Under the pieces are notes generated by a model. It made no database searches, had not been told where the DNA came from, and saw nothing but the letters and a program-made list of their open reading frames with translations. From Roseibacillus sp. (GTDB lineage Bacteria > Verrucomicrobiota > Verrucomicrobiia > Verrucomicrobiales > Akkermansiaceae): DNA of 64,000 nucleotides. This document shows, piece by piece, positions 1 through 8,931 of this stretch (its first letter is position 1; every line of letters begins with the position of its first letter). The DNA lies in contig JBPOGI010000002.1 of the NCBI GenBank assembly GCA_051251855.1, forward strand, positions 576,001 to 640,000, read 5' to 3'. The translations under genes and the position numbers were made by a program.

Positions 1-275
1 AGGGGTCAGCTATCGCTTGCTCGCAGGTTCCCTTGAGCCCAGAGAGGCGCTCGAATTCTTGGTCATTCCTTTTTTTCCGCTCGTAGCCTTCGTTTTTGCC
101 CGCTTACTCCAAAAAATCGCTCCGGCGACCTAGAAAAGAGTAGGATAGGTCTGTTGGTTTTCCTCGAAAACCGGCAGTTTCGCATTGCAAGGAGAGGGGA
201 AATAGGCTTTTCTCCCGCCTCCCCGCATAAAAGGGCAATTTGGTAATTCAGCTAAATTGAAGCGTTAGACTCAAC

Positions 276-578
276 ATGAGCGAAGAAGTAAAAGACAACA
301 AGGCAACGGCCAAAGCAAAGGTTTTGGCAGAGAAGGTGGATGTAACTCCTTATAAGCAGCACGAAAACGACACCGGAAGCGCTGACTTTCAGGTCGCCGT
401 CCTCACTGGAAGAATCCGTGAGCTGACCGAGCACCTCAAAACAAACAAGAAGGATCACTCCTCACGTCGTGGTCTCCTTAAGATGGTCGCCAAGCGCCGT
501 AAGTTGCTTGATTACCTCCGGACCAAGTCCGAGGACCGCTACCAAGCCTGCCTTAAAGGCCTGTCCTTGCGCCGATAA
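276..578 (+). CDS. rpsO: 30S ribosomal protein S15
   Basis: [19 protein letters not shown] and [23 protein letters not shown] are S15 signatures; lies directly upstream of pnp. Confidence 0.97.
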   Translation: MSEEVKDNKATAKAKVLAEKVDVTPYKQHENDTGSADFQVAVLTGRIRELTEHLKTNKKDHSSRRGLLKMVAKRRKLLDYLRTKSEDRYQACLKGLSLRR

Positions 579-588
579 ACACTCTCAG

Positions 589-622
589 AACGGCTCCGAT
601 TCATTCAATCGGGGCCGTTTTT
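589..622 (+). terminator. Intrinsic terminator-like hairpin after rpsO
   Basis: AACGGCTCCGATT-cattc-AATCGGGGCCGTT followed by a short T run. A second hairpin, GGCGAGCT-cttc-AGCTCGCC, lies at 640-659. Confidence 0.65.
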
Positions 623-683
623 CTTGGCACCAAGTCATGGGCGAGCTCTTCAGCTCGCCTCTTTGATTTCGGAGGCCTCCTGA

Positions 684-2897
684 ATGACGAACGAAAACAA
701 GAAGATGAACATAGAAAAAATAGAAATTCCGGTGGGAGAAAATCCCATGGTTATTGAAACCGGAAAACTGGCCAAATTGGCTGATGGCGCGGTCACCGTG
801 CAATGTGGCGAGACCGTGATTTTGGTCACCGCCGTTTCCCAAACCAAAGTGCGTTCCGGCCAGACCTGGTTCCCGCTTTCCGTGGAATATAAAGAGAAGG
901 CATCAGCCGCTGGACAATTCCCCGGTGGTTACTTCAAGCGTGAAGGCCGCCCTACCGAGAAAGAGATTCTCACCTGTCGCATGACGGACCGTCCTTTGCG
1001 TCCGCTTTTCCCCAAGGGTTATCTCTACGACACCCAAATCGTTGCGCTTTTGCTCTCTGCTGATGGCATCAACGACGCCGACGTGCTCAGCATGAACGGT
1101 GCTTCTGCGGCACTCAGTCTTTCCGACATTCCTTTCGCCGGTCCTATTGGTGCGGTGCGTGTCGGTCGCGTGAATGGCGAATTCGTCATCAACCCAACCC
1201 ACGAGACTCGTGAGAACAGCGATCTCGACTTGGTCTACGTGGGTAACAAGACCGACGTCATCATGATTGAAGGTGCAGCCAACGAGATTCCTGAAGATGC
1301 CTTCAAGGCCGCTCTTCGTTTTGCTCAAGAAGCAGTCACTAAGATCGTTACTGCCATTGAGGAGCTCACTGCCAAGTGCGGAAAAGCTAAGCGTGAATTT
1401 GATGTTTGCGTAGCGAAAGAGGATCTTCTCGAAATTGGATACCGCGTTGCCGGTGACCGTATTGAGGACGCTATCTACGCTGCCTCTAAGGTGGAGCGTG
1501 GTAAGAAAGTGGGCGCCCTTCGTGACGAAGTTGAAGCGGCTATCAAGGCTGAGCACCCAGCGGTAACTGAGTTCGAAATCGAGCAAGTCTTTGAATACAT
1601 TCAGAAGAAAGCCTTCCGTATTTCTATCATGGAAAAAGGATTGCGTGCTGACGGCCGCAAGCCTGAGGACCTTCGCCAGCTCTTTGGTGAAGTCGGTAGC
1701 CTGCCACAGGTTCACGGTTCTGCTATCTTTGCTCGTGGTGAGACCATGGCAATGGGAATCGCGACTTTGGCTCCTGGTGATGAGCGTCAGTACCTGGACA
1801 ACTACGCTGGTGGCGAAAGCGAAAAGCGTTTTATCCTTCACTACAATTTCCCTCCTTTCTCGGTAGGTGAGACTGGCCGCATGGGTGGACTTAACCGTCG
1901 TGAAATCGGTCACGGTGCGCTCGCTGAGCGTTCCATCGTGCCCGTTCTTCCTGACGAGGACGATTTCCCCTACGCGATGCGCGTGAGTTCTGAGGTCATG
2001 GAATCTAACGGTTCCACCTCGATGGCGACTGTTTGTGCAGGAGTCATGAGTCTTCTCGACGCGGGTGTCCCACTTAAGCGAGCGGTTGCTGGTATCTCTG
2101 TGGGTCTTGTGACCGAGACCACCGAAGACGGCGCCATCCAAAAGTATAAGACTCTTCTCGACATCATCGGAAGTGAGGACTTCTACGGTGATATGGACTT
2201 CAAACTTTGCGGCAGCGAAGACGGAATCACCGGCTATCAGCTTGATCTCAAGCTTCCTGGTCTTCCATTGAGCATTCTTGAAGAAGCCATCGACCAAGCC
2301 ATCGGCGGTCGCGGACTTGTTCTTGCCAAGATGGCTGAGTCTATCTCCAAGCCCGGCGAACTCGCCGAAACTGCGCCTCGTATCGAGTCCGTTAAGATTG
2401 ACCCCGATCGCATCGGCGAACTCATTGGACCTGGCGGAAAGAATATTAAGGGCATCCAAGCCGAGTCTGGTGCTGACCTCAGTATCGAGGATGACGGCAC
2501 CGTCCGTATCTACGCAAGCAAGGGCGAAAGCCTTCAGCGCGCGAAGGATATGATCGAGCGTATGTTCAAGGAAGTCGAAGTGGGTGAAATCTACGAAGGT
2601 CGTATCGTTTCTACCAAGGACTTCGGAGCATTCATGGAAGTGCTGCCCGGTAAGGACGGCCTTATTCACATCTCCGAGCTCGCTGAGAAGCGTGTCGATA
2701 AGACTGAAGACGTCTGCAAAGTCGGAGACACTGTCACTGCAAAGTGCATCGGTATCGACGACAAGCGTCGCCTCAAGATGTCCATCAAGGCTGCCATTCG
2801 TGATGGCAAAGGTGGAGCGCCTAAACAGGACGCACCGAAGCAGTCTCAGAGTCAGGGTGATGTGCCCGACAACGAAGAGACCTTCACTCTTGGCTAA
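684..2897 (+). CDS. pnp: Polyribonucleotide nucleotidyltransferase (PNPase)
   Basis: Two RNase PH domains (FKREGRP, RREIGHGALAERS, SNGSTSMA, GDMDFK), then KH (IGPGGKNIK) and S1 domains. Confidence 0.98.
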   Translation: MTNENKKMNIEKIEIPVGENPMVIETGKLAKLADGAVTVQCGETVILVTAVSQTKVRSGQTWFPLSVEYKEKASAAGQFPGGYFKREGRPTEKEILTCRMTDRPLRPLFPKGYLYDTQIVALLLSADGINDADVLSMNGASAALSLSDIPFAGPIGAVRVGRVNGEFVINPTHETRENSDLDLVYVGNKTDVIMIEGAANEIPEDAFKAALRFAQEAVTKIVTAIEELTAKCGKAKREFDVCVAKEDLLEIGYRVAGDRIEDAIYAASKVERGKKVGALRDEVEAAIKAEHPAVTEFEIEQVFEYIQKKAFRISIMEKGLRADGRKPEDLRQLFGEVGSLPQVHGSAIFARGETMAMGIATLAPGDERQYLDNYAGGESEKRFILHYNFPPFSVGETGRMGGLNRREIGHGALAERSIVPVLPDEDDFPYAMRVSSEVMESNGSTSMATVCAGVMSLLDAGVPLKRAVAGISVGLVTETTEDGAIQKYKTLLDIIGSEDFYGDMDFKLCGSEDGITGYQLDLKLPGLPLSILEEAIDQAIGGRGLVLAKMAESISKPGELAETAPRIESVKIDPDRIGELIGPGGKNIKGIQAESGADLSIEDDGTVRIYASKGESLQRAKDMIERMFKEVEVGEIYEGRIVSTKDFGAFMEVLPGKDGLIHISELAEKRVDKTEDVCKVGDTVTAKCIGIDDKRRLKMSIKAAIRDGKGGAPKQDAPKQSQSQGDVPDNEETFTLG

Positions 2898-2920
2898 AGC
2901 CTGACGCTGGTAATTTTTGA

Positions 2921-2955
2921 AAGGCGGTTCCTCGAAAGGGGAGCCGCCTTTTTTT
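2921..2955 (+). terminator. Intrinsic terminator after pnp
   Basis: AAGGCGGTTCCTC-gaaa-GGGGAGCCGCCTT followed by a T tract. Confidence 0.85.
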
Positions 2956-2971
2956 GCTCCGTTTTCGCTAT

Positions 2972-3053
2972 CGTAGCTGAGTTGGTGACAACTCGGGCGG
3001 TAAGGAACTGGAAGGAAGCCAACCCAGCCCGCTTTGTCACCAAAGCGGCTACG
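2972..3053. repeat. Inverted pair of 27-nt GTAG-type REP-like palindromes (REPIN-like)
   Basis: 2972-2998 reads CGTAGCTGAGTTGGTGACAACTCGGGC; the reverse complement of 3027-3053 reads CGTAGCCGCTTTGGTGACAAAGCGGGC. Each is GTAG plus an 8-bp hairpin with a GTGA loop. Confidence 0.75.
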
Positions 3054-3070
3054 TAGAAGGTCTTAAAGTT

Positions 3071-3098
3071 GTCAGGGACAGGAATGTCCCTGCTCCAT
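3071..3098. repeat. REP-like palindrome, family 2, copy 1
   Basis: GTCAGGGACAGGAATGTCCCTGCTCCAT, identical to 23075-23102. Confidence 0.8.
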
Positions 3099-3120
3099 TG
3101 GGTGACTTACCTTTGCGTCG

Positions 3121-3708
3121 ATGGCTGACGAGAAGTGGACGAAGGAAAAAGTGGGGGGGGAGGAGTTTCGGCTTCTCAATTTGGATCATTCTTCAGTGGA
3201 GAAGCGAGTGCTGGCTGAGATGGAGGCTGGGATTGACGTTTATTATGATCGACGTTGGGGTGCGACCGCGGTTTTGACGGACTGGTTGGGAGCGCATCGT
3301 GAGGTGTTTGAGAACAAGAAGGTGCTCGCTCTTGGAGTGGGCGTTGGGGAGGAGTCTCTTCTTTTAGGCAAGTTTGCAGAGCACATTTGGTTAAATGATT
3401 TGGCTCCAGTTTCGCTGGAGCTTTGCGCTGAGCAAATGGAGGAGAATGGTCTCCCCGACTTCACTTTGTTAGTGGGGCGATACGAACAGTTAGATTTACC
3501 TCAGGTCGATTTGGTTGTGGGTGGATTCCTCATCTACAATGACGAGACTTGTGCGGCGATGGAGGCCTTTTTGAAGGAGTATCAGGGGCAGGTGATTTTG
3601 GTGAACGAGCGCTTGGCTCCGTTTCCTGAATTTCTCAAGCGGCACAAACATGAGATCATCTTTGATGATGACAGTGGTGCGGTCGGGGTGCTGCTGACGT
3701 GTTCTTGA
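3121..3708 (+). CDS. Class I SAM-dependent methyltransferase (lysine methyltransferase/METTL21-like)
   Basis: W-G-A followed by FENKKVLALGVGVG (motif I variant), acidic residue after beta2 (LND), and VDLVVGGFLIY. Confidence 0.7.
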   Translation: MADEKWTKEKVGGEEFRLLNLDHSSVEKRVLAEMEAGIDVYYDRRWGATAVLTDWLGAHREVFENKKVLALGVGVGEESLLLGKFAEHIWLNDLAPVSLELCAEQMEENGLPDFTLLVGRYEQLDLPQVDLVVGGFLIYNDETCAAMEAFLKEYQGQVILVNERLAPFPEFLKRHKHEIIFDDDSGAVGVLLTCS

Positions 3709-3723
3709 AGCCTCTGTTGCTTT

Positions 3724-3888
3724 CTAGTGCACTGTTTCAAAAATAACGCTGCGTTTCAGCTGGTTCTTTTTCAGAATAACTGCGTTGCAAAAAACTGTGG
3801 AATATTCATTCAACAAGCAATTTGCGCCTCGTTCTCCAGAAAAATTCCTGCGCCGAAACGCAACCTTATTTTCAAAACGATGCACTAG
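3724..3888. mobile_element. MITE-like non-coding palindromic element (165 bp)
   Basis: Imperfect terminal inverted repeats: CTAGTGCACTGTTTCAAAAATAACGCTGCGTTTC versus reverse complement CTAGTGCATCGTTTTGAAAATAAGGTTGCGTTTC. Bounded by CTAG, visibly AT-richer than flanks, between convergent genes. Confidence 0.7.
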
Positions 3889-3890
3889 TC

Positions 3891-4814
3891 CTAATCGTCG
3901 GGGTTTCCCTTTAGGTGGCGGTCGAAGAAGGCGACCATTGTAGGAGTGTGGTCAAAGCTCTTGGTCTTCAGCGGCCATGCGTGGTTTGCGCCTTTGATGA
4001 GCTTGAGGGTGGATTCAGCCCCTACCTCTCGAAGTGCTTCGTGGAGCTCCTTGGACTGGTCGCGATCGACCGTGGTGTCAGTAGTGCCGTGAAAGGTCAG
4101 TGTGGGTGGGGAGTCTTCGTTGACATAAGTGACGGGCGAGGCGTTGCGCCATTTGAGGGGGGCTTCTTCGCGGCTTTGGGAGAAGAGACGGTGCCCCTTA
4201 AGTTCCTCGGTAGGAGTGCCATCTTCGGTGGTGACCTTGCGAGTGAGGAGGTCGGAAATACCATACATGTTTATGCAGGCGTTGACGTGATCGGAGATGC
4301 CTGGATAGAGGTCGTTGGAGCTGAGCTTGGGATGATTGGGCGTGTAGGCCACCATCATGGCGAGATGGCCTCCGGCTGAGCCGCCAATGACGCCGATGTG
4401 TTCTGGGTCGATGTTAAGTTTCTCAGCGTTCACGCGTAGCCAGCGGACGGCGTTTTTACAGTCGTGGAGGTTGTTGGGCCAGCGGCGGTCTTTGCGGGTT
4501 TCGTAGTTAATGCTGATGCAAACGTAACCTGCCTGAGCGAGGGTGGTGCCAGTGACGAACTCGCGTTCGCGGTTCTTGTCCCCTTTGACCCACCCGCCGC
4601 CGTGAATGATCACAACGGCGGGGGAGGGAAGGTCTTCCTGACGGGGTTGGGGAAGGTAGAGATCTAGTTTTTCCTTACGGCCTGCTGCGAGGAAGTCGAG
4701 GTCGCGTTGAATGGTGACTCCTTCTGGCGCTTCGAGCGGGGCTTCCTTCGCGAAGGAGTGATTGAGAAAGGAAAGATAGATGACTGCGATGCGTATTTTT
4801 TGGAACGAGTTCAT
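3891..4814 (-). CDS. Secreted alpha/beta hydrolase (esterase, BD-FAE/HSL-like)
   Basis: Signal peptide, HGGGW oxyanion motif, GGSAGG nucleophile elbow, HGTTD, GANH. Confidence 0.88.
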   Translation of the reverse strand: MNSFQKIRIAVIYLSFLNHSFAKEAPLEAPEGVTIQRDLDFLAAGRKEKLDLYLPQPRQEDLPSPAVVIIHGGGWVKGDKNREREFVTGTTLAQAGYVCISINYETRKDRRWPNNLHDCKNAVRWLRVNAEKLNIDPEHIGVIGGSAGGHLAMMVAYTPNHPKLSSNDLYPGISDHVNACINMYGISDLLTRKVTTEDGTPTEELKGHRLFSQSREEAPLKWRNASPVTYVNEDSPPTLTFHGTTDTTVDRDQSKELHEALREVGAESTLKLIKGANHAWPLKTKSFDHTPTMVAFFDRHLKGNPDD

Positions 4815-6250
4815 TCGGCTTCTGGAGGGGTTTCGGTTTGGTCGAAGTGGAGAGCGATTCCGTAGCTCCGCTCGTTAATTTTCTTCATTGCTTTGAGCAA
4901 AGGTTGGTAGGGCTCGTAGTGGCTGGTGACGATGCCTTTGTTGGCGTCGAGATTAGAGGGGTCGGCACCCTTTTGAGCAGGGTCGTTGTCTGAGTAACGA
5001 AACCAGTGCCAGCCTACGCAGACTTTCGATTCGAGCAGCCCAAGGGTGAAGTTTTGATAGAAAGCGCCGCGGTCTTCTTGAGTTTTGACGAGCCAACCTG
5101 CTCCGCTGGTGTTGGCCATGCCGCTGTCTTCGGCCTTGGCATACCACTCGGTGATGAGAATGGGTTTCTTGGCCGCTTGGGACCAGTTGCGCATGCGGTT
5201 TTGTTCGGGAGTCCAGCGATGGTAGTAGTTCACGCTGATGATGTCGAGGTGACGGCCAGCTGCTTCGAAGAGGGAGGGGAGTCGCAGGGCTGAACCGTGG
5301 AAGCGGGAACCTAGGACGAGGTGGTTGGGGTCGTGTTTGCGAATGGCTGTGCTGACGATGGAGAAATAGGTGTCGGCGGCATGGCCGACAAAGGCGAGGC
5401 GGTCTTCATCGTGCCATTTTTTAGCGAGGGCATTGGTTCCCTTTCTTTCTTCTAACCAAGCTTTTGCTGCGAGGTAGCCGTGGTCGTTCTTAGGGAGGGT
5501 GAGATAGCGGTCGAGCATCTGGATGTTCCAAGGAAGCTCATTGTCGGTGAAGTGGCCGAGCAGCCAAGGGTCATCTTTAAGGTCGGCGAGTTGTTCGGCG
5601 TGTTGGTCGCAGAAGGTAGCAAAGTCGGGGTCGAAGATGAAGGGGCAGTCATTGGGGTAGCCTCGGTGACCAGACTTCTGGTAAGTGCCGCCTCGTTTTT
5701 TCCCGTAGGAGGACATGAAGTTCCAGAGTTTGGTGTAGGCGAGGCCGACTTGGGAAGGTTTGAGTGTTTCGTCGTCGCTCCAAGGGCCGATGGCGTTGAA
5801 GTGATGAGACTTGAGAAGGTCGGCAGTTCCTTTGGCCCAGCCTTCGATGTTGCCGAATTTCTTTTGCAAGGCAGCGGCGGCAGCTTTGGTGCGTGTTTCC
5901 TTAATCGAGGTGACTCCACGATGCAGGTAGGGGTGACCTTGGGGGTCAGCCAGCCACCAGCGGTTATTGCGAAAGGTCGCGCGAAAGAATCCTGTCGGCT
6001 TGGGTTTGTTGGTTGGGAATCCTCCGAATTCGGTCAGATTTTTGTCGGGTTCAATTGATGGGAGGGCCGAAAGAGTGCGGGTGGACATTTTTTTCCAGTC
6101 TTTGCCCGGGCCGCGGGAGACTTCGGTGAAATCTAGCGCTTGGTCTGCGGCGTGAGCTGTGACTAGAAGGTTCCCCAGCAAGGGAAGGAGGGCGAGGAGG
6201 GTTCTCCTTTTGGTAGGTGTCCCGAATTTGTTTGGAAGCAGTGACGGCAT
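4811..6250 (-). CDS. Secreted glycoside hydrolase, GH50 (beta-agarase)-like
   Basis: TGFFR..RWWLADPQG, DDPWLLGHFTDNELPW, HDPNHLVLGSRF, KPILITEW, VGWHWFRY. Start moved to the ATG at 6250, which precedes a signal peptide; the longer ORF-track start overlaps the PBP gene. Substrate uncertain. Confidence 0.75.
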   Translation of the reverse strand: MPSLLPNKFGTPTKRRTLLALLPLLGNLLVTAHAADQALDFTEVSRGPGKDWKKMSTRTLSALPSIEPDKNLTEFGGFPTNKPKPTGFFRATFRNNRWWLADPQGHPYLHRGVTSIKETRTKAAAAALQKKFGNIEGWAKGTADLLKSHHFNAIGPWSDDETLKPSQVGLAYTKLWNFMSSYGKKRGGTYQKSGHRGYPNDCPFIFDPDFATFCDQHAEQLADLKDDPWLLGHFTDNELPWNIQMLDRYLTLPKNDHGYLAAKAWLEERKGTNALAKKWHDEDRLAFVGHAADTYFSIVSTAIRKHDPNHLVLGSRFHGSALRLPSLFEAAGRHLDIISVNYYHRWTPEQNRMRNWSQAAKKPILITEWYAKAEDSGMANTSGAGWLVKTQEDRGAFYQNFTLGLLESKVCVGWHWFRYSDNDPAQKGADPSNLDANKGIVTSHYEPYQPLLKAMKKINERSYGIALHFDQTETPPEAE

Positions 6251-6260
6251 CCCTCTATTT

Positions 6261-8582
6261 CTACTCGATAGGAAGAGCCCTGAGAGGTTCGTTGGAATCG
6301 GGAACAGGGAGTGCGCGTTGGGGGCGAACAAGGACGGGTTGTTCGGTTTGAGGGGCTTGGAGAGCGCGGAGAGGGTGGATGGTGCAGTAGTCGTTGGCGG
6401 CAGGAAGTAGGGCGTCGGGGACGAGGTCTTGGTAGCCAGTTCCGGCAGCCTCACAACCTGGGGTGACTCGTTTGGCAGAGTGTCGGCAGAGGCGTGCGCG
6501 TGAGTATTTGAGCTGAGGATCGAGGCTGCCGGCGGGATAGCGGGCAGAGCCGTCCACATCGCGGAGGGAGGCGGCTTTTCGAAAAATGTTGGCCCAAATA
6601 GGAAGGGCCAGGGTGCCGCCATAGCCTCCATCGATGATGGTTCTGGGGGTGTCGAGTCCGACCCAAACACAGGCCGTGAGGGAACTCGTGTAGCCCGCAT
6701 ACCAAGCGTCTTGATAATTCTTAGTGGTACCAGTTTTTCCAGCGGCAGGATAAGAATATCCATGCGAGCTGCGGAGGGAGCGGGCGGTGCCGGAGGAGGT
6801 GACTTCGCGCAGGAGGTTGTTGACGAGACCAGCGGTTTCGCGTCGCGACACAATGGCTTTGAGAGGGCTGGATTCGTAGAGCACTTTGCCGTCGGTATTC
6901 TCAATTTTATCGATGAGGTAGGGGACGACGCGATTCCCTTGATTGGGAAAGGTGGTGTAGGCGGTGGCCAGCTGCCAAGGGGAAGCGGGGGAGTTGCCCA
7001 GGTAGAGTGAGGGGTTCTTGTTGTGCTCCTTGAGAAGCCCGGCAGCCTTGGCGGTGTCGATGACGTTGTCCATGCCTGCGAAGTTACCTACGCGCACTGT
7101 AGAGGCGTTGTGAGAGAGGACAAGTCCGTCCCCCGTGCGGAGGTTTTGGTAGTATTTGCCGCTGGAGTTAGCGGGCCAACCAGCAGCAGCCCCGGGGATT
7201 TCGCCGGCGCGGAGAGGGGTGTCGGCAACCCAAGTTTCGGGCAGCATCCCTTTCTCGTAAGCAGAGAGATAGACGAAGGGTTTGAAGAGTGAGCCTGCTG
7301 AGCGACTGGACCATTGGGCGCGGTTGTAGGAAGACTCGGAGACGTCACGTCCGCCGATGATGGTGCGGACCGCTCCGGTCTTGGTGTCGAGCATGACGAC
7401 CGCAGCTTGGAGGTAGTCGGGGTCGCCAACGGGATTTCGCTGCCAATTGGCGCGGGTGGGGTGGGCGTATCCTTGGCGGGACTCGATGCTTCGCAGTTGA
7501 TTTTCAACGGCGGTTTCAGCGATGTCTTGTAGGATGGTGTCGAGGGTGGTGGTGACGACAAGTCCGCCCTGTTTGATGTTTTTGCGAGCTAGAATGTTGT
7601 TAAGCTCGTTTCGAATAATGTTGAGGGACCAGCCGCTTTTGACCTTTGAGGTGGTCTTAATTTGAAGAGGTTCTTTCTTGGCTTTTTCGGCCTCTTCTTT
7701 GGAGAGGAATTTCTCACGTACCATGGAGTCGAGAGTGGTGTCGCGCTCGCGCTTGGCGCGCTCGGGGTAGCGATGGGGAGTAAAGGCGTTGGGGCCTCGA
7801 ATAATGCCGGCGAGCATGGCGGACTCGGAAAGGGTGAGGTTGAGGGCGGGCTTTCCGAAGTAGTTTTGTGAGGCGGCCTCGATACCACGGTAGGAGTGGC
7901 CCCAGAAGATGCGGTTGACGTAGGCTTCGAGAATTTCGTCTTTGGAGTATTTGGCCTCGATGCGGAAGGTGACCGCGATTTCGAGAAACTTGCGGTCGAG
8001 CTCAACCAGCGCGCCGGGAGCCTTGGCCTTGATGAGAGCCGGATTTTGGAGGTTGAAGGTGTTGCGCGCGAGCTGCATCGTGAGGGTGGAGCTGCCTTGG
8101 GCGAGGCTGCGGCGCTTGACGTTTTGGACAATGGAGCGAGCGATTCCCATGGGATCGACTCCCAAATGGCGGCGAAAGCGGCTGTCCTCGCGAGCGAGAA
8201 GCGCGTCTTCAAAAGAAGGCGCGATTTGGGATAGGGGGACGATTGTGCGATTCTCGCCATGCAGGCGGGCGATTTCCTTGCCGGTGCGATCAAGGACTGT
8301 GGTGCGTTCGGGCATTTTGCGCACTTCGCCTAAGTTATAGGGGAGGGCACGCGCACCATAGAAAAGGGCCATGCCGAGAAAGATGAAGAAGCCGGCGGCA
8401 GCGCCAAAGGCGACGAGTTTGGCCGGCTTTCGAAAGAGAGCGGGCCAGCCTGCCACGATACGGGCGACCAAGTGATAAGGCCAAAAGAGAAGCCAGCTAA
8501 AGAACCCAACCTTGCGTGCTTTTTTCTGCTTCTTGGAGGCCTTCTTGGCTGGCTTGCGCCGATTTTGTTTCTTCTTCGCCAT
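6261..8582 (-). CDS. Class A penicillin-binding protein (PBP1A family, transglycosylase + transpeptidase)
   Basis: N-terminal TM; EDSRF..H.G, GSSTLTMQLARN, RKFLEI; SLFK (SxxK), SHN (SxN), KTGT. Confidence 0.93.
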   Translation of the reverse strand: MAKKKQNRRKPAKKASKKQKKARKVGFFSWLLFWPYHLVARIVAGWPALFRKPAKLVAFGAAAGFFIFLGMALFYGARALPYNLGEVRKMPERTTVLDRTGKEIARLHGENRTIVPLSQIAPSFEDALLAREDSRFRRHLGVDPMGIARSIVQNVKRRSLAQGSSTLTMQLARNTFNLQNPALIKAKAPGALVELDRKFLEIAVTFRIEAKYSKDEILEAYVNRIFWGHSYRGIEAASQNYFGKPALNLTLSESAMLAGIIRGPNAFTPHRYPERAKRERDTTLDSMVREKFLSKEEAEKAKKEPLQIKTTSKVKSGWSLNIIRNELNNILARKNIKQGGLVVTTTLDTILQDIAETAVENQLRSIESRQGYAHPTRANWQRNPVGDPDYLQAAVVMLDTKTGAVRTIIGGRDVSESSYNRAQWSSRSAGSLFKPFVYLSAYEKGMLPETWVADTPLRAGEIPGAAAGWPANSSGKYYQNLRTGDGLVLSHNASTVRVGNFAGMDNVIDTAKAAGLLKEHNKNPSLYLGNSPASPWQLATAYTTFPNQGNRVVPYLIDKIENTDGKVLYESSPLKAIVSRRETAGLVNNLLREVTSSGTARSLRSSHGYSYPAAGKTGTTKNYQDAWYAGYTSSLTACVWVGLDTPRTIIDGGYGGTLALPIWANIFRKAASLRDVDGSARYPAGSLDPQLKYSRARLCRHSAKRVTPGCEAAGTGYQDLVPDALLPAANDYCTIHPLRALQAPQTEQPVLVRPQRALPVPDSNEPLRALPIE

Positions 8583-8714
8583 GGGGCTGCGTTGAGAAGC
8601 GAGGCTAGCGCTGGGTTTTGGTTTGGGGAGAGGGGATCGGGTCAGTTTCTACTGAGCTTCGAGAGCGCAGTGTCTATGCGAGAAAGTCTTCTCGTCGCGG
8701 TTGACCATGAAAGC

Positions 8715-8822
8715 CTAAACCCAGCCAATCAAGTCGGCCATGCGATAGAGAGAGTAGATGAAGGTCAAAATCAAAAGGACGACGAAGATTTTGATGCTGA
8801 ATTCAATTTGTGGACGGGTCAC
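8715..8822 (-). CDS. Small single-pass membrane protein (35 aa), below the ORF-track cutoff
   Basis: GTG start; translation MTRPQIEFSIKIFVVLLILTFIYSLYRMADLIGWV; one clear hydrophobic helix; fills an otherwise empty intergenic gap. Confidence 0.55.
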   Translation of the reverse strand: MTRPQIEFSIKIFVVLLILTFIYSLYRMADLIGWV

Positions 8823-8931
8823 GGAGCGAGGATGTAAGCGAGCTGAGGAGCAGAATCAAGGCGCAAGAATGACCTTTCGAATTGAGAGGGAAACTTTGAC
8901 CCTTTTTTTTAGGCAAGAGCTTGTTTAGACT

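Noticed and set aside
1..275. Possible minus-strand gene start or rpsO autoregulatory leader
   Set aside because: No convincing start codon or conserved structure could be supported from the sequence.
903..2669. 588-aa antisense ORF in pnp, and similar ones inside dnaK, groEL, pdhC and the GH17 gene
   Set aside because: Antisense shadows of strongly codon-biased genes; no recognisable motifs.
6251..6904. N-terminal extension of the GH50-like ORF in the ORF track
   Set aside because: Overlaps the PBP1A coding region; a signal peptide follows the ATG at 6250.
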